From: Mobula hypostoma
Taxonomy: Eukaryota
DNA: 64,000 nt
Direction: 5' to 3'
Assembly: GCF_963921235.1 (NCBI RefSeq)
Contig: NC_086110.1
Location: 40,114,001 to 40,178,000, forward strand
Both the position numbers and the translations under genes were made by a program. The notes under the pieces are model-generated. The model saw only the letters and a program-made list of their open reading frames with translations. It ran no database searches and had not been told where the DNA came from. Position 1 is the first letter of the stretch. Every line of letters begins with the position of its first letter. Below are positions 24,572 through 36,574 of the stretch, in pieces.

Positions 24572-24812
24572 ATAAACACAGGAGCTTCTGAAGATGCTGG
24601 AAATCTGGAGCAACACACACAATATGCTGAAAAACTCATCAAATCAAGCCGTATCTAGGGAGGGGAATAAACAGTCAACGTTTAGGCCCAAGACTCTTCA
24701 CTAGGACTGCAATGGTCCTGATGAAGGGTCTCAGCCCAAAACATCAGCTGTTTATTCCTCTTCATAGATGCTGCCTGATTTAATGAGTTCTTCCAACTAC
24801 TTGTGTGTGTTG
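24572..24812. mobile_element. Palindromic Penelope-derived element with two inverted hammerhead-like motifs
   Basis: Inverted arms centred near 24711. Flanks tttacagaacttc (24559-24571) and tttgtagaacttc (24813-24825). Confidence 0.75.
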
Positions 24813-24834
24813 TTTGTAGAACTTCCTTTATTTT

Positions 24835-25227
24835 CTCAGAAGCTTCCAATAGTTATTTTGAACATATGGCTACTGTAATATAAGTAATTCCAGCTGCTAA
24901 TTTGGACATAGCAGGCGGCTGCAGGTAGCAAGGGATAAATTATCTATTAACATATTGCAATAATATTGGTTGAGATATAAATGTTGGCTAGCATACAAGC
25001 AGGAATCACAGTTCCTCCACTGAATGTTGTGGTAAGCTTCTTTATAAGCATCTAAACACTAAGGTTCAGTTTAACTCCTTATCAGAAAACCTGCACCGCT
25101 AACAATGCAGCATGTCCTTGGTGCTACACTGAAATGACATGATTATTATGTTCTCAAGTGCTGGAATGGAGATTGAACTCACAATCTTTTGATTCACAAG
25201 GAAGAATACAGCTACTGAGCCAAAAGG
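24835..25227 (-). mobile_element. Ancient DeuSINE (SacSINE1/AmnSINE1-like)
   Basis: gtttaactccttatcagaaaacc...aatgcagcatgtcc...ctacactgaaatg...attatgttctcaagtgctggaatggagattgaactcacaatc...ctactgagcc resembles the reverse complement of the tRNA head plus Deu domain. Confidence 0.6.
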
Positions 25228-27397
25228 CAGTCATTTTCAATTTATTTTGAATGATGTGTTTAATAAACCACATTTTATATTGTCAGGGTACATTATCTAA
25301 GGCATTTTACACTATTGTAACAGCCATACCAACACATGGTTAGAACAGATAAACTTTTGAAAGTGATGACAATATCTTCAAATTTATTCTAGCATCCAAG
25401 AGCCTGACATTATGCTTATCCTTGGTTGAATGAAACATATTGGTGATCCCTTCAAAATTTCATGTAAATAATGACTTGGGAAAGACTGGAGCTCTTGTAA
25501 CTGATTGTATGTTAAATACTTGTTGATATCTTTTTCAGATCCTTTGCGAAATTATAATTTCCCCCTTTAAAAAGATGCCCAATCTTTAAGAGGTTGAGAT
25601 ATTTCTCCAGATTTCTTATTCATATAAATGCATTCTATACCCAGCAGTATTTGCACTTAAGAAAGTAGAGTTGAAATGCTTCCTTGAACTGCTGCAGTCC
25701 ATGTGGTGAAGAAATCCCCATAGCATTGCTAAGTAATTATTTCTTTAATGGATCAGATTTTGCTGCAGAGAGCCTGCCACCTGCCCTTGCTGCTCCAATG
25801 CCCAGCCGACCTGCATTTACTTGATTTAGATCCTCAAGGCCAAAATTACTGGCCAAGAGTATCCTGGCTCCAATCAGCAAGACCCTCCGTAATGCCAGCG
25901 CGTTGCACAATGTAATTGGGATGTATGGATGGGCCAAGAAAAGCCTCACCCACGAAAGTGATGAGGATACTTTTGGAAAGACCAATCCCACAGCCTTGCC
26001 ATCTGTCAAAGATTTTAAGCTTTTGGAATACTTACTGAGAATGGAAAGCATCGAATACTTATTAAAAATGAAATAAACAATTGAAATGTATAAAATATTA
26101 AAAACACTTAAATAATTAAATTAAAAGAAACAAAAATATTTAAAGTACTTTTAAATAATGTAGATTACGATAACAAATACAAATAATTTTAAGAAATGAT
26201 TTGTTCTTTCATACCTTTCTTTATCACAGCCATAAAATTTCTGGTTGCCTTAATGAGGTCACATTTCCTCCACCAAGTTTCGATCCACACACATATTCAC
26301 CAGTGTAAGTGCTGGAGAATTTAAGCAGGTTCATTCTTCAGTCTCTTGACTCAGTGTAGTGTGTAATAACAGATATGCCATTGGAACCTGTCAGCACACA
26401 AGGGATTTTGTTATGTGAATGCAAAGTGATGAACTTGCTTGTGTAAATGCTCGCAGCTCAGGCATTTCCAGGCAAGACCTCAGCCATCTGCAGAGAAAGA
26501 AATAATTTTTTTTCAGATAAATGATCTATGAACAGAACAAATGGAAGCCTGAAATTCCGTATTTCTCCATATTGCCTCCTAGCTTGCTGTGCATCTCAAG
26601 CTTTTATTTCGGATTACCGGCATCTGCATGATTTTTGTTTTTGCTTTTCAGGATGAAGCTTGCTGTGCTTTGATATAATGGTTTGATACAACTTGCTAAG
26701 GAAAGTTTAGAGTCAAATGGATTGCTGAGGATTTTATGTTATGCACAGGCCACCTCAGATAAGAATGGCAACATTTCTTCCCTGAAATCATCCTAGTAAA
26801 TTCACAGCCACAGATTTAATCCATATTTATTTAGTTAACAGTTACACTCTCCAGATGTCAAAAGGGAACTCTTGCTTGTGGATCCCAAGACCAATATTTT
26901 TTAAATTTTCACACCACTGTTTAAAATATTTTACTTCAAAGAAAATAAATTAGTTCTTTTGATCATCTTCAAGTGAAAATTAGCATATGTTTGGACATTC
27001 TGAGAAAATCAATATTTTTATGTGAATTTCATTATGAATGACTATGGTTATCTGAAGCTGAAATACTACAGCGGATTGAATTTTAACATTAACCACGAGA
27101 CATCTCTGAATCAATTTTTGGAAGTTATGATTTAAAAGAAATATGTTCCCCTCACTTAACTTTCTGTGCTGGATGGGAAATCATTTTTTGATCAGTGGAT
27201 GTTGACCAAGGGATGTAGCATAGTTCTATTAATGTGCAAATTAATCCGTTCTCCTTTTAAAAGAGCAGGAGCGGTGATTATTAAAGTAAGAAAACGGTAC
27301 TTAATTGGTGGAAGCTATTATTGGTTTAAACCCAGAAAAATATATTTTTACCGCTGATGGTGTGATGGAAGCTTAAAAAATACAACGAAATGAAAGA

Positions 27398-27560
27398 AAT
27401 ACCATAAGATATAGGAGCAGAATTAGGCCATTTGGCCCATCATGACTGATCCATTTTCTCTCTCAGCTCCAGTCCCCTGCTCATATCCCTTCATGCCCTG
27501 ACCAATCAAGAATCTATCAATCTCTGCTTTAAATATACATAAAGACTTGGCCTCCACAGG
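27398..27560 (-). mobile_element. CR1 3' end fragment
   Basis: accataagatataggagcagaattaggccatttggcccatc is the reverse complement of the CR1 tail seen at 9833 and 43528. Confidence 0.75.
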
Positions 27561-30500
27561 AAGTATTATTACTCCTACAAAAAGAAAGAAAAGTATACAT
27601 GCAAATAAAAATGATGTACTTAATGTAATGTCCTTCTTTGCTGAAAACCAAGTTAATGAAGAGAACCGAGCACTTACATTGTCCTATGTTGTACTGAGAT
27701 AGCAGAAAAAAATATCAGGTTACACTTAAATGGAGGAACACCTATCAGGAGAAAGTGTTGATCTCATCACACACAAAATTGTCAATCCTATTGTATGAAA
27801 ATCAATGCGTTAGGAGGAGGGTGTTCAGATCGGAGAATTATGGGGAGAAAAAGGGTACTTGTTACACAGGCATTGTAATTATTCATTTTCTGAGAAAACA
27901 GTGTAGAATTGATGAAATTATAAATTTAAATTAATTGATATTTGATAGATTTAAAACTGTTAAATTATATACAGTAATTCTACCAGAGGGATATTATGGT
28001 AATGTGATGAAAACACCGAAAAGAATGTTTCAACTCTTCTCCTATCAACACTGACATTCTTTTTAGAAGATAAAAATAATCCTTACAACTCTGAGTTTGT
28101 GAAGTATTTACATGTGTCTTCAGCGTATTAATTTGACATATGTGCTATTGAGACCGTTGGACATGAAAATGAATTTGAATCGCGATTTTAGCTATAGATT
28201 TTTCAAATTGTGTCACAGTAAATTTTTCATCACAAATTGCTATGCAATACCAGTCATTTCCAACCCTTTACAGAATAAATGTGCTGCTTTTGAAATATGG
28301 CCCAATAAAAAAGAAAATGTGAACATTTTCAGCTCTTTCCACTTTTCACTGAATATTTGTTTTTTTAACTGAAAAAATCTTTCTGCATGCCCTATAATTT
28401 GACTATTTATAGCAATTAATTCCAAAATCCATTAAAAGATCAGCTAATTAATAACCTAAATGGATCCTACACACTGACTTCAGGCTCCTATTAGAAATTC
28501 TGCTGGACCCTTGTGTGGGCATATTGATTAACTTGCAGCAAGGAGATGTATTTCCCCTAAACTGGTGTCAGATATCTCCTCTAAGTCAGGCAATGTGGGT
28601 TCAAATATTACCGACTATTTTCCTCGGTGAAAAGATAAATCAGTTTTTCTGTCCAACTAAAGCAGCACAAATTTGTCAAGATTTGGTCCCATTTCTTCAA
28701 TGCTTGTCATAGAGCAAAAGGCTTCCCACACCCAATTAGAGCAGGTAGATGGCTCTTTCACAGATTATAATGGCAGTACAATAAATATGATCAGTGATTC
28801 CAAATATAGAGCTAACTGGACAGTTTAATATAAGTTCAAGAATTTTAAAAAGTGGATGACGGTGTTCCAATAATCCCCTCCAACATGGAATAAACACTAA
28901 TACTTTGAATATTCAACATAAATAAATACTAATAGGATTTTACTTTCTTATCACAAATACATCATAAATTAAGCTTTCAGAAAAGTGCCAGTGTAATAAA
29001 TCAGCATTTTAAAAACAACACTGAAACTACTGATTCTTACATACTTCCTACTATGTTAGTTTCAAAACAAGACGTACCTTTGTAGAATAATCAGCATTGA
29101 TGGGCTTCTCCATGGAGCCCATGAGATAGTCATTTGAATGAAATAGATGTGAAGTGGACGCACTCCAGTAACTTCAGGTAGGGGGTTCTTCATGGACTGT
29201 AACTAGCAGCCAACAGCATACAGTGAGTTCTCCAGTATTCAGGCTGATGCACAGCTATTCCTTTGGATTTGATTCTTTTCTGCCAAAATTTACTGCTGAT
29301 TAACAGAGGATATGGTTAAAAAAAGTCTTCAGAGGCAGTTTCATAAATAGTGCCCAGTTATAAATTGGTGCCTGTAGCTTTCTCTTTTTTTTGTCACACT
29401 ACACTCTCTACTATATTTGGAGATAAAAGAAAATCATAATTAAAACAGGCAGTCATTTTGATATGTTTACTGAAATAAATCCATACTCTTTTGTAAAACA
29501 TGAATAAGCAGTAGCAAAACCATCAGTCTCTCATCTATCACTTCATATTGGATTTTAGTCTCAAAATATTTGAAATGCCATGTAATTATATTGAAGAATA
29601 ACACAAAGTTTGTAATGAAAAAATTAGTTCTAAACTAAGGTTTAACAGATCAATTTTGAAACAAGTAATTGAGCCAGTCAACTGCATTGCATTTAGCAAC
29701 TGAAACATGAAAAGTACACATGCGGAAAACAAACTTATCCTTTCACACAAAACCGACTCTCTGTTGCTCTGTCTTCACTACTATTATTTAAATTACACTA
29801 AATTACATCAGGTATTTCAGTTATTTCTTACTTTATGGATGTCTCTCTATCTAAACTAATTTATCTTACTTGACTTTCATGCCAGCATTACTGGGTAATT
29901 TAGTCACTGATATAGCCAGTGACAGGTTTTCCCATCCCACTAGTTAACAAGGATCTGGAAACTTGAAAACCTCAACAAATGTAATAATAAAAGGGAAATA
30001 TGATATTTAAAAGCAACCTAACTATCTTTGAGAAGCACAGCTTTTGCATGCACTCCGAGTCCAATCAACACTGATAGTACACAACCCACTATAAAAAAGT
30101 GATGCATTATGTAGAAATTACTTCAATATCACTTCAGTCCACTTGCTAGAAAGAACTGGTGATGGCTTCTTAGACAAGAAAACTTCCATTTTCAAACAGA
30201 ATAGTACAAAGTAGATTCCTCTCCAGGTTGAGAACTTTATAAAACAGTGCATCAAAAGGGCGCAAGTGGAAAGAGCGTGAAATAGGGAGGATTGAATTCA
30301 TCAGTCTTGGATTCAAGGTAAGCTTAGCCCCAAGTTGCACTGAAAATAGAAACTTGGGTAACCGGAAAAAAAACAAAATGGATTTTGAGCAGAATGAGAT
30401 TGCCAACACTAAATTCTGATAATTCCACCTAGATTGCCACTAAAGAAAGCTTGGTACTAGAATTTTAAATTGTCACACAAAAAAAACAGGATGCTTGATA

Positions 30501-31749
30501 CATTTAGGCAAAGGCTTGTTTCTTTGACAATGGGAGAGTACAAATCATTTTTCTCGTGGAGTTCCCATGAAGAAAATAATTCTTCAAAGAGCATGCATGC
30601 ATTACAGAATTCTATTGTGATATAATGTGAATATTCCATGTGGAAGAACTGTTCACTTACTATTCACTTACCTCACAATATTGTATATTTAATGTTAACA
30701 CTGTATTTTTAGGATTAATAATAACTTTTTTCATCTGAAAAGTTTAAATATAGCAGCCATTAAACTTACTGCTATGTTAAATTTCCCTTTGTACTGAAGG
30801 GGAGCCCTGTGCGTTAAGGAACTGCCACTCCCTCCCAGTGCTTCCTCCTTCCACATGACCCTCTAGTTACTGACAGGTTTCTTCCCGAATGCTCATTTTG
30901 CCATATCTCCTCTACACATTTTCAGTTAGAAAAGTGGTCATATCATTTTGAGAAATTTGCTGCTTTGTTTGTTTCAGAATTACATTGTTACCCTCTAGCT
31001 TTCTGATGCAGCTTTAAGTCCATGTTTAAGCATTGCATTTGCAGCCTCAAAAGATCCACTATGTGGCTTGGCATTTTTTGCAGCTCTTAAATGTACTTCG
31101 AATCTTTGATTTTATTATCAAAAAAATTATAAATTATACAACCTTGAGGTTTGTTTGTTACAGGTAGCCGCAAAGCAAGAAACCCGAAAGAACCCAATTA
31201 AAGAAAAAAATAAAAATAAAAGATCATCACCTGATGTGCAAGGAAAAAGAAAACAATTGCATCACTTACTACCAGACTCTGTCTTTCCTTCTACCCAGCA
31301 ATGTACTGATGAGTTGACTCACAACTTCTAGTGGTGATTACAGAACTGGATAATATAGGCAATTACAAATCTTACAGTTTGAGCTTATGAAAGAAATACA
31401 GAATACTAAAGCAGGTATCATATTCAAGAACTCAAAATTAGACTCATTAAACCAATTCTCGACTTTTCCTGAAAAGTTCCTGTTTTCAACGGAAAGGAAA
31501 ATCTTAAAACAAAGTTCAAACAATGAAATATAGATATCTACTCTCAGAACTCATCCTCATAAAAATATTATTTACTGCACAGATACCACTTTGAAAGACA
31601 TCTGAGAAGCATTCTGTGTAAAGCTATCATATAGTTTCCTACAAATACTGTTGAGATAGCAGTGCAGGAGGGCCATGTTGTGATGTGTCTCATGATTGAC
31701 TTTTGGCAGATTGAACAGCAACTGGACCACAGTCTATTGGGAATATGAC

Positions 31750-32620
31750 GAGCTTCCACCAATCACACATTCAATAGTCATGCAATATATGGGCTTTTAT
31801 TTGCTCTACTAGGTGCTCTATTATGAAAAACACAAAGTTTCATCTCATTGCTGTGTCCTGTATCAGATGTGCTGGCACATTATGTTCTCTTTAGAACTGT
31901 TCCAGCTGCTCAATAGCTTTCTCAGAAAGATAGAAATGCCCCAGGTTTCTTCAAATAATGGCAACAATGTTGGTTAATGGTTTTGTAGTCCTCTTGAGTA
32001 TTATGCACAGTAAGATTTAGTGCATGTGCAAAATAATGTATATTACAGTAACTATCTTCCAGTGCAGCTTTCCTCATGTTAACACCATTATCTGTAATAA
32101 TCATCCTGCCTGTCAGGTTATTGGAACGAATCCACTCATTCAACAGGAACTGTAAAAAGTGAAGGATGTTGGCAGCTGTGTTTTCACCCACTAACAGGGC
32201 GATCTCTAACAGTGCCAAAGCATGGTAATCATTAGTAGAGCACCCAATGGACTGTGGTTGGAAGGTAACTTAGTGTGCAATCAGGGACAAATATTTGTTA
32301 GATGTGCAGCTAGTCCATATGTCAGTGGTGAATTGAGCAGGAACTGCCTCTGCATCTTTTATCAGTGAAAGGATTTTATTTTTTATCTAGAGCCTGATAA
32401 ATACATGAAATAAGTGAACATGAAAGGCAAAATGTAGAAGGAACAGCATAATCTGAGTAACAAATAATTAATCAATTTCTGAAAACTATCTACTCTGCAG
32501 CAGAGAGTATTTGGAGGTCAATAGTTATCGTTTCTGCAACCATCTGTGTAATCTTGGTAACAGCAGGATGGTTAATGGAGAAGTTGGTTTCAGACTCGAG
32601 AGAGAATTGAATGGTCAATT
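31750..32620 (-). pseudogene. Ancient hAT (Ac/ZBED1-like) transposase relic
   Basis: Minus strand, in order: ITQMVAE.I.IDLQ, FTTDIWTS, ENTAANI..EW..IITDNGVNM..HYFAHALNL and LIQDTAMR*N. Many stops and frameshifts. Confidence 0.75.
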
Positions 32621-33008
32621 ATGATTAAATGCTGTTCTTTGGGAGCTTTTGGGTAAAAAATAATGAAATATTGTTTAAAACAAAGTAAAGGTGTGTAGCA
32701 TTTGAACTTTTGCTAATGTTAATTCCTCTGTCATTGTGAGAAACATTATCTGAAAAGCAGTGACCACTAATTGAAGTTCACTACCATTTTGTCTTTTTTT
32801 CATTCCTATTTTGATTCAGTGCAAGATGAAAGTGTCATACTACTGTGTTCATTCCCAAATTAGCTTTAAACTTGCTTCTGCTAATGTGTTTGAAAATGTC
32901 AAGAGGCACCTTTCAGTTCATCATCAGGCATTTATTTTTGGATTTAAATCCTGGTAAGGAAATTTCATTCCTCAGTGAATAATACTGACAATTTGAACTT
33001 TGTAAGTT

Positions 33009-33349
33009 TTTTTTTGGCGTGTGCCTGCGTGCGTGCGAGTCTGTGCGTGTGCGTGTGTGCGTGCGTGTCTGTGCATATGCATCTGCGTGTCCACGCGTGC
33101 GTCCGTGATGATGTCTTTTTCATGGCTTTTACAAGGCGCAGAGCGAGAGAGAGACTGTGTGACACGCCACTCCTCACACAGACACCTTTAACAGTATTTT
33201 CCCTTTATTTTAAGAGGTCGAGTTGCGATCTCGACACTCAACCCAGCACGGATGGAAAGCGTACTCGGGAGTGGACCCGACTAGTTTCGAACCCGGGAAC
33301 CTCCGCTCCCGGGGCTGGCGCCGATGTCGTTGCGCCACCAGCTGGCCCA
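33009..33349 (-). mobile_element. Young tRNA-derived SINE with (CA/CG)-rich 3' region and poly(A)
   Basis: Minus strand has A-box tggcgcaacg, B-box ggttcgaaac and an A9 tail. Perfect 13-bp TSD aactttgtaagtt (32996-33008 and 33350-33362). CpG-rich. Confidence 0.85.
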
Positions 33350-34660
33350 AACTTTGTAAGTTATAACATTTTTTTAAAGAAAAGATGATAGAACACGTTT
33401 GGACATTGGTATAATCAGGAACCATTTGGATGCAACAAGATCCCACAAACTGCTATAATTGCTGGGTACATAGGTAATAATAATAATTAAACAGTTCATG
33501 CATTATGTCCATTCAGATTGATGCATAGAACAAACCTTTTGTTTTCATTTCAGTCAATTTATTTATTATATTTATACCAGTTTATTCTGATAATTCATAA
33601 ACAGCAGAAATTCATGGGCATATTTAGAAAATATACTGCAAATATTAATCTCTCAAAAAGAAATCAAGACTTGGCATCAAAGATATGGAAGGTCATACAA
33701 TAAAAATATTTGGCTGCACTATTTTTTAATTCCAATATTTAAATGATTTCTAAAATACCTAACCATGTAAGATAGAAGAAATTACACTAAAATATTAATT
33801 CCAGTGAATGGAGATTGCTTCTCTCTTCAGAAATGCTGCATGGCCCACTAAGTATCTCCAATATTTGTTGTTTTAATCCCATATATTAGTTTTAATATAA
33901 GATCATCAAGTAGATTTTTTTCTCAGTTGGCCCAGCAGAAGGGACCACTTTAGTACCGGTTTCCATTAACATGTGGTGTACACCAGACATCAAAGCAGTA
34001 CCTGGGAAAGACTGCTAACTCTAAATTATGCCTACCTTGCTGCCCCTTGATTGATGGAAGGGCATGCATGGTTTGGATTTGATCAAGGATGGGAGAGTAA
34101 TCTAGTTACCAGCTTCTTGGATTTCTGGAGTTTTTTTTATTCATCTGACTGCCTATCTACATGTTATTTAAAATGAGATCCTACCACTAAGCAAATCTTT
34201 CCCTCTCCCCCCAGTCTCCACTTTCCACGGGGGTCACTCTCTATTTGATTCCCTTGTCCACTTGTCCCCCTCCACTGATCTTCCTCCTGGTACTTATCCT
34301 TGCAAGGAGGATGAGTGCTACAGCTACCCCCGACACCTCTTTCCTCACCATTATTCAGGCCCCCAAAAAGCCCTTCCAGATGAGGCAACACTTCACCCGC
34401 AAGCGTGTCGGGGTCACCTATGGTATCTGGTGCACCAGTGTGTCCTCCTCTACTTTGGGGGAACACTTCATCAAGCGTCTTCATTCTGTCCTCCACACAA
34501 GGCAGGATTCCCTGGTTACAACCCATTTCAATTCAACTTCCCACTCCCAGTCTGACATGTTGGTCCACTGCCTCCTCTCTGTCATGATGAGGCCACATTC
34601 AGGATGGAGGAGCAACACCTTGAGGCTAGGTAGCTTCCAAGCAAATGGCATGTACATTGA

Positions 34661-35354
34661 TTTTTTTTAGATTATGAGGGAACACTCAGTCCTCTTTTAT
34701 TGTCATTTAGAAATGCATACATGCATTAAAAAATGATACAATGTTTCTCCAGAGAGCTATCACAGAAAAACAGGACAAACCAAAGACTAACACTGACAGA
34801 ACCACATAATTATAACATATAGTTACAGCAGTGCAAAGCAATACCATAATTTGATGAAGAACAAACCATGGGCATGGTAAAAAAAAAGTCTCAAAGTCCC
34901 CGAGTCGACCGACTCCCGAGTCCCCAATAGCAGGCGGCAGAAGGGAGAAACTCCCTGCCATAAACCTCCAGGCACCGTCAACCTGTCGATGCCTTAGAAG
35001 CAGCCAACCACAGCCAACACTGAGTCCGTCCATCCGAGAACTTCGAGCCTCCGACCAGCCCCTCTGATACAGCCTCCCAAATGCCATCCTCTGCCGAGCA
35101 CCTTTGACCTCGCCCCGGCCGCTGAAACAAGCAAAGCCAAGGATTCGGGGCCTTCTGCTCCAGAGATTCCGGTTACCACACAGTAGCAGCTGCAGCGAAG
35201 TGGGCATTTCAGAAATTTCTCCAGATGTTCCTCCGTACTCTCACGTCTGTCTCCATCAAATCAGAATTGTGCACAGTACCCTACTTGACAGATTATAGAT
35301 ATCATTCACCAGAGAGGCCGCGCGCGCTGCCGTTGCGCCGCCATCTTCTCCTCC
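34661..35354 (-). mobile_element. Non-autonomous retroelement, copy 1 (aagatggcggcg head, ctcataatcta-A tail)
   Basis: Reverse complement is colinear with 47186-47753. Precisely interrupts the Penelope sequence acattga|tttctctaacttcc. Confidence 0.8.
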
Positions 35355-35751
35355 TTTCTCTAACTTCCAGAAATTTCTCCCTCACCACCTTCCTTCTTTT
35401 CCATCTCCCATTCTGGATCCATTCTCCGCCCCATTATCCTTTCTTCGTTTCCTCATCTGCCCATCACCTTCCCCTCCTTCCTTCACTTTTAAGGTCCATT
35501 GTCCTCTCCTATCAGATTTCTACATCTTCTGCCCTTTACCTATTCTATCTATCTCCTCCCAGCTTCTTACCTCACAATCCCCCTTCCCCACACAACCACC
35601 TTTCCCCTCACCTGGTTTCACCTGTCACCTGCCGACTTGAACTCCTTCTCCTCCCCCTACCTGCTTAGCTGGCTTCTTCCCCCTTCCTATCACTCCTGGT
35701 AAATGGTCTCGGTCCAAAAGGTCAACTGTTTATTCCTCCGCATTGACGCTG

Positions 35752-35791
35752 CCTCATTTTCAAGGACTCTTCAAACATGTTCTCAATATAT

Positions 35792-35822
<31 letters not shown>

Positions 35823-36010
35823 GTATTTGCACAGTTTATTGTCTTTTTCACACTGGTTGAACACCCAAGTTGGCACAGTCTTTAATTGATTCCGTTATGG
35901 TTATTATTTTATTAGGGATTTATTGAGTACACCCACAAGAAAATGAATCTCAGGGTTGTATATGTTGACATGTATGCACAGTGCTTTGATAATAAATTTT
36001 CTTGAACTTA
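35752..36010 (+). mobile_element. Rex1/Babar-type 3' UTR fragment
   Basis: ctcattttcaaggactct...gaaaatgaatctcagggttgta...aataaatttt. Interrupts the Penelope terminal repeat (gctgcct | acctgctgag). Confidence 0.7.
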
Positions 36011-36574
36011 AACCTGCTGAGTTCCTCCAGCATTTGTGTGTGTTAAGTCTGGATTCCCAGCATCTGCAGAACCTCTTGTATTTATGACATATCCTAGCAG
36101 TGTACTACATTCGCACATTCGTGGTAAAGCAAACAGGCTCCTAATTACCTGATTCAATGATGGTGCCCTTCAAGCAAATAATCCATCAATCTGCCTCTCA
36201 GTAATACTATTATAAACAAAAATTGAACTAAATTACACATTTTTCCTGCCATTTCTCCTCTTCCCTTCGGTTGCACTGACATTCCCGGAAATTCGTCCCA
36301 AATTTATGGTAATTGCAGATCAGAATTGGAGGAAGACGTTGTAATGGCCAAAGTCATTTTGTGGAGTACAGAGTACCTGTCCTAGTCTTTCCGGCCCCAC
36401 AAATGTACCTTTAATTTGCCACTCTTGCCTGTTGACTGCTGGATAAAACAGATACATTCCACAAATGAGACATAAAATCAATCAGGGACCTATGTGTGTA
36501 ATAAAATGTCAATTTGCCAATTAAAAGGTTTGCCATGGGATCACACAAGCATTCTGTTCATACAGATTAATTAA

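Larger units (their letters stand above)
34168..36085 (+). mobile_element. Penelope-like element 3' part, interrupted by two insertions
   Basis: DLPPGTYPCK, IQAPKKPFQMRQHFT, HFNSTSHS and LGSFQANGMYIDF. Resumes at 35355 and again at about 36011 (cctgctgagttcctccagc...catctgcag). Confidence 0.8.

Noticed and set aside
26215-26388. Minus-strand segment bounded by acceptor- and donor-like sites
   Set aside because: Stops in all three frames; lies in what appears to be an old repeat.
30227-30317. Plus-strand exon-like segment (ctccag | ... aag|gtaagc)
   Set aside because: Stops in all three frames and no supporting neighbours. A non-coding exon cannot be excluded but is unsupported.
33280-33349. 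tRNA gene
   Set aside because: It is the SINE head; no complete cloverleaf, and it is followed by a SINE body, poly(A) and TSD.
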